DNA of 64,000 nt from an uncultured virus (IMG/VR IMGVR_UViG_3300031111_000236) (Duplodnaviria > Heunggongvirae > Uroviricota > Caudoviricetes): the IMG/VR virus record IMGVR_UViG_3300031111_000236. One strand, 5' to 3'. The position numbers and the translations under genes were made by a program. How positions within the stretch are numbered: the first letter of the stretch is position 1; each line of letters starts with the position of its first letter. Positions 49,149 to 56,368 of the stretch are shown piece by piece. The notes under the pieces were generated by a model. It saw only the letters and a program-made list of their open reading frames with translations, was not told the origin of the DNA and did not search any database.

Positions 49149-50564
49149 ATGGTCACGAAAAAAGCAGAAGCATGGTTTGAAGTGGACACGAAAGGACTGC
49201 GAGCGATACAGGCGGGTAAGCCCCTGTTCTACATAGTTAGGGAACTTATTCAGAACGCCTTCGATGAAGACGTTACTGAGGTAATCCTGACTATAATGCA
49301 CGCCAAGGACAGGACGGTAATCTCGTGCGAGGACAACTCGCCCATCGGGTTCAGGGACCTGCGGGACGCATACACGATGTACAGGAACTGCTACAAGCGT
49401 CCCGACCCGACCAAGAGGGGACGGTTCGACGTTGGGGAGAAGCAAGCTATCTCCCTGGCGACGTGGGCTCAGATAGAGACCACAGTGGGGACTGTCACTT
49501 TCGACAACGAGGGAAGGCACGTGTCCGACGAGAAGAGAAAGGCTGGAAGTATGGTCACTCTTCACGTGGACATGACCAGGGCCGAGTACGAGGCGACTCT
49601 CGACTTCGTGAAGACCATTATAGTGCCTGACGGTATCAAGATGGTTCTGAACGGTGTCGCACTGCCCCACAAGGAGGCGAGAACCGAGTTCGAGACGATA
49701 CTCACAACTGAACTCCTCAAGGGCGATAGGCTGGTCAAGTCGAAGAGAAAGACCAAGGTCGTGGTCTATGAGGACGACGAGACTTGGCTCTACGAGATGG
49801 GCATCCCTGTCTGTGAGATAGAGTGTGCCTACTCTCTCGACGTGGACCAGCGTATCCCTCTTGGAGTGGACAGGGACAAAGTGTCGGGAGCCTACCTCCA
49901 GGACCTCTACGCAGAGGTTCTAAACCACACGTTCGATGATATCGACGAGGACACTGTGGGTGAGAGGTGGGTCCGAGAGGGCATGAGTGATGAGAGGGTC
50001 TCGGCAGAGGCTGTCGATAAGGTCATGACTACCCGATACGGCGAGAAGCGGTGCACCTACACGCCTGGAGACCCGCAAGCGAACGACAGGGCCATCATCG
50101 AGGGTTACACCCTTGTAAGGGGCGGCGAGCTAAGCAAGGATGAGTTCGATAACATCAAGAAGCACAACAAGGTGAGGTCGTCTCACGACCTTTTCGGACT
50201 TACACCAGGGAACGCCAAGGACGTGAAGCCGAACAAGAGCATGAGGACCGTGGAGGCTATTGCCAAGAAAATAGCCTGGGAGACGGAGCGCATCAGGATA
50301 GGTGTCAGGTTCGTCAACCTCCCGAAGGGTCACCCCGCATGGTTCGGTGGTAAAACCTTGACATTCAATGTCCAGGTACTCGGTAGGGGCTTCTTCACGA
50401 AGCCTGTGTGCGTCGATGTCATCGACCTCATCATCCACGAAGTGGCACACTACTACGGGATGCACACCGAGAGGGCGTATCTCGATGCCATCACTCGTAT
50501 CGGGGCCAAGCTCGCTCTGAAGGTTCGCAAGGACCCCAAGTTCTTCGATGTCGAGGTCCAGTAG
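49149..50564 (+). CDS. GHKL (HATPase) ATPase with C-terminal HEXXH zincin-like domain
   Basis: RELIQNAFD (N box), EDNS, GRFDVGEK; IIHEVAH. Confidence 0.75.
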   Translation: MVTKKAEAWFEVDTKGLRAIQAGKPLFYIVRELIQNAFDEDVTEVILTIMHAKDRTVISCEDNSPIGFRDLRDAYTMYRNCYKRPDPTKRGRFDVGEKQAISLATWAQIETTVGTVTFDNEGRHVSDEKRKAGSMVTLHVDMTRAEYEATLDFVKTIIVPDGIKMVLNGVALPHKEARTEFETILTTELLKGDRLVKSKRKTKVVVYEDDETWLYEMGIPVCEIECAYSLDVDQRIPLGVDRDKVSGAYLQDLYAEVLNHTFDDIDEDTVGERWVREGMSDERVSAEAVDKVMTTRYGEKRCTYTPGDPQANDRAIIEGYTLVRGGELSKDEFDNIKKHNKVRSSHDLFGLTPGNAKDVKPNKSMRTVEAIAKKIAWETERIRIGVRFVNLPKGHPAWFGGKTLTFNVQVLGRGFFTKPVCVDVIDLIIHEVAHYYGMHTERAYLDAITRIGAKLALKVRKDPKFFDVEVQ

Positions 50565-50576
50565 GACCTCGTTTTA

Positions 50577-50598
50577 TTTTTTTTTTTTTTTTTTTTTT
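50577..50598 (+). terminator. T22 tract, probable archaeal oligo-U terminator ahead of tRNA cluster 1
   Basis: 22 consecutive T after the GHKL stop; exact length could be a homopolymer error. Confidence 0.5.
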
Positions 50599-50640
50599 AT
50601 CTCGAAACCTTTATTAGGGACCCCACCAATCTCCCTGGAG

Positions 50641-50706
50641 ATGAACAGAGCAACTCTCTTAGCATCCAGTTCGGGACTATCATCGTTGTCCCTTCTTAGT
50701 CTGTAG
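50641..50706 (+). promoter_or_regulatory. Leader ORF MNRATLLASSSGLSSLSLLSL upstream of Leu/Ser tRNA cluster
   Basis: 14 of 20 non-start codons are Leu/Ser; all six Leu codons used; TTTATTA box about 30 nt upstream. Confidence 0.8.
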
Positions 50707-50805
50707 AAGGACTGGCTGGAGAGAGTTGGAGTATCATCGTGTGCTTTTCCCTGATGCGTCTTCCAAGAGGAGTCTCGCTGTTCTGCGGCTCTCTCCGTCG
50801 AAGAT

Positions 50806-50891
50806 GCACGGGTGGCTGAGTCAGGCTAAAGCGTTCGCCTTGAGAGCGTTTGACCCTCTTGGGTTTGCAGGTTCGAATCCTGTCCCGTGCG
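50806..50891 (+). tRNA. tRNA-Ser(TGA)
   Basis: GCACGGG/CCCGTGC acceptor, long variable arm, G73; outer anticodon stem mismatched. Confidence 0.8.
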
Positions 50892-50920
50892 CCTTTCCTT
50901 CTTACATACTATCATAGAGC

Positions 50921-51008
50921 GCAGGGGTGGTCGAGAGGTCGAAGACGGGGGATTCAAAATCCTCTACCATAGGTCCCGTCCCAGGTTCGAGTCCTGGTCC
51001 CTGCACCA
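50921..51008 (+). tRNA. tRNA-Leu(CAA)
   Basis: GGGGA-TTCAAAA-TCCTC; long variable region; encoded CCA. Confidence 0.9.
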
Positions 51009-51009
51009 C

Positions 51010-51092
51010 GGCAGAGTGTCCGAGCGGCGAAGGAGGGCGGCTTAAAACCGCCTACATAGGCCACGTCAGGGGTTCGAGTCCCCTCTCTGCCT
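51010..51092 (+). tRNA. tRNA-Leu(TAA)
   Basis: GGCGG-CTTAAAA-CCGCC; long variable region. Confidence 0.85.
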
Positions 51093-51103
51093 TCACAAGC
51101 AAC

Positions 51104-51190
51104 GGGGGAGTAGCCAAGTGGTCGAAGGCGGTGCGCTCAGAACGCACTACATAGGCAACGTCACAGGTTCAAATCCTGTCTCCCCTACCA
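51104..51190 (+). tRNA. tRNA-Leu(CAG)
   Basis: GTGCG-CTCAGAA-CGCAC; encoded CCA. Confidence 0.9.
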
Positions 51191-51196
51191 TTTCAT

Positions 51197-51285
51197 GGAG
51201 AGGTAGCCGAGCCTGGTCGAAGGCGGCAGGTCGAGGACCTGCTACATAGGCAACATCGGGGGTTCAAATCCCCCCCTCTCTACCA
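51197..51285 (+). tRNA. tRNA-Leu(GAG), C33
   Basis: GCAGG-TCGAGGA-CCTGC; encoded CCA. Confidence 0.85.
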
Positions 51286-51288
51286 TTT

Positions 51289-51370
51289 GCCAGGATGACC
51301 GAGCGGTAAGGTGGCGGTTTGCTAAGCCGTAGGGCCAGTGGCCCCGCAGGTTCAAATCCTGCTCCTGGCG
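51289..51370 (+). tRNA. tRNA-Ser(GCT)
   Basis: GCGGT-TTGCTAA-GCCGT; variable arm GGGCC/GGCCC; G73. Confidence 0.9.
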
Positions 51371-51510
51371 TTATCTTTTTATATTTCGTACTCCATCGCC
51401 TATCATGGTCAAAAGTATCTATCATTACAAGTCGTCCCGTGGTTGTAGTACTCGGTTCTAACGAGTACGGGCGGCTCAATTATGCCGCCACAACCAGAGG
51501 TGACAAGCGG

Positions 51511-51741
51511 ATGACGATAGACTACGACGAGATAGATTTTGATTGCCAGGGCAAGAACAGGAACTTCTACAGGTTTGACCCGAGACCTCGCAAGATGATA
51601 CGAAGGAAGAACCATCATCTAAACGACCCAGAGTACAACTACTGGAGAGGGTACTCTACTGCCAAGAACAAGAACCCGAGGTCGAACCATTGGAAGCTGA
51701 AGAACGCCGTCAGGAGGATGAGAAAGGCGAAGGGGCGGTAG
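51511..51741 (+). CDS. Small basic protein
   Basis: 76 aa, R/K/N-rich; GAGGTGA SD; T tract after stop. Confidence 0.6.
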   Translation: MTIDYDEIDFDCQGKNRNFYRFDPRPRKMIRRKNHHLNDPEYNYWRGYSTAKNKNPRSNHWKLKNAVRRMRKAKGR

Positions 51742-51903
51742 TTTTTTATACAATGTTAGACAATATAATCACATCACGCTTTCCTCCCCCATCCATACCA
51801 TACCAAGAGGCTGGAGCCGTCTTTTTTACTCTGGGCGGCTCCAGTCCAACCTTGTTTTCGTTGGTCCGAAACCTTTTTATATTTCAGGCTTTTTTGATTA
51901 TGT

Positions 51904-53355
51904 ATGAGCTACCGATATGAGACCAGAGTTGGGGTAGTCCAGAGCGATGTGACTACACATTTCCTACTCTCTCGTATGTGCCTTGGTGCTACCCGAGTGT
52001 TCAACTCTGCCTTATGGTACTCAAGACAGCAGTGGGAACAGGTGGGTAAGATTCCGACAGGCTACGACCTTGAGAAGGTGGTGAAAGACCTTTACTGGCA
52101 CAAGCAGATACCTGCCTCTGTATCTTGCTACACGGCGCAGGAGGTGGGTCGCTCTTACAAATCGTGGTTCGCACTCAAGAAGAAAGACCCGAAGGCAATG
52201 CCACCCATGTTCAGGAGGAAGGACTGCCTGTCGCCAATGACATACAGGCCAGGTACGTACAGTATCACAAGTGTGGACCCTCTGCACTCGAAAATAGACC
52301 TTGCACTTGGTCAAAAGTTTAAGTCTGACATCGGTTACCCGTACAAGAGATTGAGTGCGGATATAAGGTGGAACTCTCCATTACCAGAGGGGGACTACAC
52401 AATCGCCCTCTTGGAGGTTGTTCCGTCCGATAGGGATGTCTCACAGAATGACCACTTTGAAATTCATATTAAGGTTAAGTTAGAGGAGCGATGGCGTGAG
52501 GAGGGTCAGGTTATGTTCATAGACCTTGGTGTTGTCAATCCCATTGTCTCGATGACAGAGGCAGGGCGTGTAGACATTTTCAAGGGCGGCTCTATTTTGA
52601 GCAATATTAGATATTGGAACAGGGTGTTATCGCACTTGTCCGAGCGTGTTATGAAAGAGTCTAACAAAAAATACTCAAAGAAGATTAAGTGGGCCTACAA
52701 AAAGAGAAACGCTCAGATTAACCAGAAACTACATTCATTAGTAAATACTTTTGTTGAAGTATGCAAAGACGAAAACGTTAAGGAGGTGGTAGTTGGAGAC
52801 TTCAAAGGTATGAAGAAACAAGCAAGTGAGACGTGGAGACGTAACCCAAGCGAAAAAGACAAGTCCAGAATGAAGACAGAAGATAGTCCTGGCAGTAGTA
52901 AGGAGATGCAGAAGGTTATGCAATTTCCAGTACAGCGGATGGTCTCAATTCTGGAATACAAACTGGCAAGGGAAGGTATTCGATTAGTAACACAGGACGA
53001 GAGCGGTACGTCTACAGGCCGTTGCTTCGTCTGTGGTCATCGGTACACTACTGATAAGGCACGTGTGAAGCGAGGTCTTTTCAAGTGCGAGCACTGTAGG
53101 AACCTGGTCAATGCCGACATTAATGGTGTTGGCAATCAGCGTGCTCGTTACCTCGGTCTCGAAAGTACTAATGGCGTGCTTGATGAGGGTCTCTCAGTAT
53201 GGGAGTCGAACGTATGGCGTTGGTGTGATGAGAACAGATGGAAACTTGCTCACGTTGCGAGAGGCCATGTGACATTCAAAACCCCTGTAGGCTCTCGACA
53301 TATAAACTTTCCTAATAACCAGCAAGGTATCTCTGTCAAGGGTAACAACCCTTGA
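51904..53355 (+). CDS. tnpB: TnpB-family RNA-guided endonuclease (IS200/IS605-related), no adjacent transposase
   Basis: RVFNSAL helix, RuvC-I FIDLG, RuvC-II VVGDF, Zn finger CFVC...CEHC, RuvC-III NADING. Confidence 0.85.
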   Translation: MSYRYETRVGVVQSDVTTHFLLSRMCLGATRVFNSALWYSRQQWEQVGKIPTGYDLEKVVKDLYWHKQIPASVSCYTAQEVGRSYKSWFALKKKDPKAMPPMFRRKDCLSPMTYRPGTYSITSVDPLHSKIDLALGQKFKSDIGYPYKRLSADIRWNSPLPEGDYTIALLEVVPSDRDVSQNDHFEIHIKVKLEERWREEGQVMFIDLGVVNPIVSMTEAGRVDIFKGGSILSNIRYWNRVLSHLSERVMKESNKKYSKKIKWAYKKRNAQINQKLHSLVNTFVEVCKDENVKEVVVGDFKGMKKQASETWRRNPSEKDKSRMKTEDSPGSSKEMQKVMQFPVQRMVSILEYKLAREGIRLVTQDESGTSTGRCFVCGHRYTTDKARVKRGLFKCEHCRNLVNADINGVGNQRARYLGLESTNGVLDEGLSVWESNVWRWCDENRWKLAHVARGHVTFKTPVGSRHINFPNNQQGISVKGNNP

Positions 53356-53608
53356 GGAGTAGTAGCGGCACTACACCGCTCGTGGAGCGTTATGCGCTGG
53401 CCACAAATCTCAGCTTAATAAGCCCTCGCAATATACGTGAGTTGTGACGGAGGATGTAGGCAGTGGACCCAAGTAGAGTATCCTGTTGACGGGCGGACTC
53501 GCAATACACGTAGTTGTGGCGGAGGATGTAGGGATTCTCGGGTTGAAGGGCAAGGACCGACCCGCCGTTGGGAAAAATGGTATATACTTCTCAGTTCTAT
53601 GTACTCTC

Positions 53609-53944
53609 ATGCTCCCTATTGGACACTTCGCTCTTGGGTACTGCATCGTCATGGCTGTGCTCCTCTTGACACGGACCTATCGCTTCGTTCTTCGTGACGG
53701 GGCCTTAGCCGCTCTTGGAGGGCTTCTCGCCATGCTACCCGACGCTCCCTACGTCTTCTTGGGTGAGCACGCCTCGTGGCACGACAGCCCCATTATGAAC
53801 ATTTTCTTTTTTCATCAGTGGTTCGACGTGCTCTTGAGAGATGACTATCTCGTGTTCCCCGCTATCCTGATAGCTATCGCAGTCCTCTTGACAGGGGTGC
53901 TCTGGATGGTTGATAAGGACCACAGTAAGGTCATCGAGAAGTGA
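53609..53944 (+). CDS. Small membrane-bound metal-dependent hydrolase-like protein
   Basis: MLPIGH...MLPD...FFFH in TM helices; ATG 53609 downstream of TATATA. Confidence 0.55.
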   Translation: MLPIGHFALGYCIVMAVLLLTRTYRFVLRDGALAALGGLLAMLPDAPYVFLGEHASWHDSPIMNIFFFHQWFDVLLRDDYLVFPAILIAIAVLLTGVLWMVDKDHSKVIEK

Positions 53945-53993
53945 ACACGTAAACTTTTTATAGTACCGTGCCGATAGTCCTGTGGTTACTAAC

Positions 53994-54071
53994 ATGAACG
54001 TAATCCCAACCTTCACGGAAAGAGTCGATAGGTGGCAGGAGCGACCCTGCCGCCATCCGCAAGTACTCTAA
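53994..54071 (+). promoter_or_regulatory. Leader ORF MNVIPTFTERVDRWQERPCRHPQVL upstream of tRNA cluster 2
   Basis: 16 consecutive codons cover exactly the nine amino acids of cluster 2; TTTTTATA at 53955. Confidence 0.8.
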
Positions 54072-54089
54072 TTTTGAGAAGGAAGAGTT

Positions 54090-54164
54090 GGGAACATAGT
54101 GTAGCCTGGTTTATCACGGTGGTCTCCAAAACCACTTACATCGGTTCGAATCCGATTGTTCCCA
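54090..54164 (+). tRNA. tRNA-Trp(CCA), intron-less
   Basis: GTGGT-CTCCAAA-ACCAC. Confidence 0.9.
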
Positions 54165-54207
54165 CTCTATTTTCTCGAAATTTTTGTACCACGAGAAGCA
54201 ACAGAGT

Positions 54208-54281
54208 GGGCCTGTAGGGTAGCTTGGATATCCTGTTGGACTCCTAATCCATTGACAGCGGTTCAAATCCGCTCAGGTCCG
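54208..54281 (+). tRNA. tRNA-Arg(CCT)
   Basis: TTGGA-CTCCTAA-TCCAT. Confidence 0.9.
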
Positions 54282-54294
54282 TTACCAAGAGCAA

Positions 54295-54368
54295 GCTCCC
54301 GTAGTGTAATGGGAAAATCATCCTTGCCTTTCAAGCAAGGGAATCGAGTTCGAATCTCGGCGGGAGTA
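54295..54368 (+). tRNA. tRNA-Glu(TTC)
   Basis: CTTGC-CTTTCAA-GCAAG. Confidence 0.9.
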
Positions 54369-54369
54369 T

Positions 54370-54447
54370 GGGCGTGTATCCGAGCCTGGACAAGGTGCGG
54401 GTCTTCTAAACCCGTTTGCAGGGGTTCAAATCCCCTCACGCCCACCA
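54370..54447 (+). tRNA. tRNA-Arg(TCT)
   Basis: CGGGT-CTTCTAA-ACCCG; encoded CCA. Confidence 0.9.
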
Positions 54448-54458
54448 TCAGCAAGCAT

Positions 54459-54532
54459 GGGCGCATAGTCTAACCTGGATAGGACACCTGGCTACGGACC
54501 AGGCAATGGGAGTTCGAATCTCTCTGCGCTCA
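54459..54532 (+). tRNA. tRNA-Arg(ACG)
   Basis: CCTGG-CTACGGA-CCAGG. Confidence 0.9.
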
Positions 54533-54549
54533 CTAAACATAAGCAAAAT

Positions 54550-54787
54550 GTGGCGGTAGCCGTCGAACGTACCTCTGGTTCCTGACGAGGAACCAAGTCG
54601 GGCACAACAAGTAGGCGGAGCGATTAACCTCAAGTCCGAAGTATCTGGGCTGAAACAATGTGGTTGAAGTCCACCCCATGTATCTCGGTGGGTAGGTCAT
54701 GTGCATGACGATGTGCAGTGACCGATACAATCCAGGTATGAGGTCTCCGAGGGAGAAATAAAGTGGGTTAAATTCCCACCCGCCGCA
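54550..54787 (+). ncRNA. About 240-nt RNA with tRNA-like acceptor stem and T arm
   Basis: GTGGCGG/CCGCCGC-A acceptor; T arm GTGGG-TTAAATT-CCCAC; internal hairpins; sits in a tRNA slot of the array. Confidence 0.6.
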
Positions 54788-54791
54788 CTAT

Positions 54792-54866
54792 GGGGACGTG
54801 GTGTAGCTTGGACCAGCACCCCTGGTTTGGGACCAGGAAACCACAGTTCGAATCTGTGCGTCCCCA
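54792..54866 (+). tRNA. tRNA-Pro(TGG)
   Basis: CCTGG-TTTGGGA-CCAGG; G1:C72. Confidence 0.9.
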
Positions 54867-54890
54867 TTACCCCTCTTGGGGGTGAGTGAG

Positions 54891-55193
54891 ATGAGCAAGC
54901 AAAAACAAACGTCAGACGCAAACAAGGCAATCAAGAACACAGCGAAGGTTCACCTTGACATCAACCACGGTAGGCTTGATGCTGAAGTGGTAATCAACGG
55001 TGTTGGCGTTAAGTTCCTCCGTGAGATGGACGCAGACGCAGAGGTGAAGATGAACAAGGTGGTCGAGAGCTTGATGACTCTCGTCCCTACCCCGTCGTAC
55101 CCGACACCTGATGAGCCTGAAGTTTGGCGTGACCAAGAATCTACTAATGATACCGTGACCCCCACGGTATCTCCTATGGCGGGAGTGGTGTAG
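54891..55193 (+). CDS. Small hypothetical protein within tRNA array
   Basis: GGTGA SD; 3' end overlaps tRNA-His. Confidence 0.5.
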   Translation: MSKQKQTSDANKAIKNTAKVHLDINHGRLDAEVVINGVGVKFLREMDADAEVKMNKVVESLMTLVPTPSYPTPDEPEVWRDQESTNDTVTPTVSPMAGVV

Positions 55194-55250
55194 TCGGTAG
55201 CATCGGAGGTTGTGGGCCTCCAGGGTTGGGTTCGAGTCCCGACTCCCGCC
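55178..55250 (+). tRNA. tRNA-His(GTG) with encoded G-1
   Basis: GGAGG-TTGTGGG-CCTCC; G-1:C73. Confidence 0.9.
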
Positions 55251-55264
55251 CTCTTGAAACCACT

Positions 55265-55349
55265 GATAGGGTGGCCGAGCCAGGTAAGGCGATAGGTTGC
55301 AGACCTGTTGTCTTAGACATCGGGAGTTCAAATCTCCCCCCTATCTCCA
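55265..55349 (+). tRNA. tRNA-Cys(GCA) with long variable arm
   Basis: ATAGG-TTGCAGA-CCTGT; TGTC-TTA-GACA arm; U73 and CCA. Confidence 0.85.
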
Positions 55350-55476
55350 CTCGCACTCGCAACAGACACATGATTTCCAGTGGAAGTCGAGACCACACAC
55401 TGTTGCCACTGGAAACATAGCCAGTCAATTTACAGTGGCAGTGGTGTCACCACACTGTTTCCACTGTAGCAAGCAT

Positions 55477-55552
55477 GGGGCAGTAGTCAAGCCAGGTTAT
55501 TGACAACACCCTTACAAGGTGTAGGTCGGCGGTTCGAATCCGTCCTGCCCTA
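55477..55552 (+). tRNA. tRNA-Val(TAC)
   Basis: ACACC-CTTACAA-GGTGT. Confidence 0.9.
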
Positions 55553-55567
55553 TTTCCCATACGCATT

Positions 55568-55640
55568 GGCCCCTTGGTGTAAGTGGACAACATATCGGGC
55601 TTTGGACCCGATGCTCTTGGTTCGAATCCAAGAGGGGCTA
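55568..55640 (+). tRNA. tRNA-Gln(TTG)
   Basis: TCGGG-CTTTGGA-CCCGA. Confidence 0.9.
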
Positions 55641-55642
55641 CT

Positions 55643-55831
55643 ATGAAGTGCCAGTTCGTTGGCGGTGTCCACGTGGACAAACATCTGCCCAACCCCGAGG
55701 ACTATGAGTGCCATGAGGAGGCTACCCATACCCTTGTGGGTAATCACAAGCAGTGGCACTTCTGTCAGAAGCACTTTGAAGAGGCCAGTGACTTCAAGGA
55801 CTCTGCAAAGCACGAAACAGCAAGCATATAG
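55643..55831 (+). CDS. Small Cys/His protein within tRNA array
   Basis: 62 aa MKCQF...ECHEEAT...FCQKH filling the spacer between the two Gln tRNAs. Confidence 0.5.
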   Translation: MKCQFVGGVHVDKHLPNPEDYECHEEATHTLVGNHKQWHFCQKHFEEASDFKDSAKHETASI

Positions 55832-55901
55832 CCCCTTGGTGTAATCAGCAACATACCAGGCTCTGGACCTGGAGAAGGCGGGGCAGAACCGTCAGGGGCT
55901 G
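55830..55901 (+). tRNA. tRNA-Gln(CTG), atypical D and T loops
   Basis: A1:U72; CCAGG-CTCTGGA-CCTGG; T loop GGCAGAA. Confidence 0.75.
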
Positions 55902-55922
55902 TTAGACAATAAGCAACAAGAC

Positions 55923-55995
55923 GCTCCCGTAGTGTAGTGGTCAACCATTTGAGGTTCTCACCCTCAAGCCTGGGGTTCGAATCCCCACGGGAGTA
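55923..55995 (+). tRNA. tRNA-Glu(CTC)
   Basis: TGAGG-TTCTCAC-CCTCA. Confidence 0.9.
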
Positions 55996-56002
55996 CTCAT
56001 AC

Positions 56003-56074
56003 GCCTCCGTAGTGTAGCGGTCATCATCTTGGTTTGTCAGGCCAGGGACTTGGGTTCAAATCCCAACGGGGGCG
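56003..56074 (+). tRNA. tRNA-Asp(GTC)
   Basis: TTGGT-TTGTCAG-GCCAG; G73; followed by T tract. Confidence 0.9.
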
Positions 56075-56118
56075 TTCTTTTTCTCAAAGTTTTTATACCT
56101 CAAGAGCTTACTCATTAT

Positions 56119-56296
56119 TGGCGAAAAAGTGGTCCCTACCGTGGATAGATAGCCTGTCAATCAGCGGTGGTGGAACATCGCAATCCCAAAGCCATCTGGG
56201 ATAGACCTCAGCGGCGGAGCGTGGTCACATCAGATACACCCGTGACCACAGAGTCCGTCGATGGGACCGCCGAGCGGTGATACGCCGCTCTCGCCA
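56119..56296 (+). ncRNA. Stand-alone structured RNA, about 180 nt
   Basis: Own TTTTATA box (56091); TGGCGA/TCGCCA closing stem; GGTCCC/GGGACC, GTGGTCAC/GTGACCAC and GAGCGG/CCGCTC helices; T tract after. Confidence 0.65.
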
Positions 56297-56368
56297 CTTT
56301 TAATATTATAAGTTTTTGGGTACACCTTATATACTTCTGGTATGATTGTCTTATATCAAGGTGGCTTT

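Noticed and set aside
174..50465. Numerous minus-strand and alternate-frame ORFs in the track (e.g. 18216-19058, 21248-21970, 38995-39762)
   Set aside because: Shadows of longer + strand genes that have motifs, SD and promoter support
50806..51092. Anticodons TGA and TAA as stop-codon suppressors or tRNA-Sec
   Set aside because: They read TCA (Ser) and TTA (Leu); no CTA, TTA or TCA anticodon is present and ORFs show no recoding
51904..53355. Cas12f / type V CRISPR effector
   Set aside because: No array or cas genes nearby; motifs fit TnpB
54576..54660. Hammerhead ribozyme (CTGACGAG...GAAAC)
   Set aside because: CTGACGAG is buried in a perfect hairpin and the three hammerhead stems cannot be built
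54550..54787. Group I intron, tmRNA or RNase P assignment
   Set aside because: Only fragmentary resemblances (GCGATT/AATCC, GAGGAA); no room for P3-P6, no G3:U70, no convincing conserved regions. Kept as an unknown RNA
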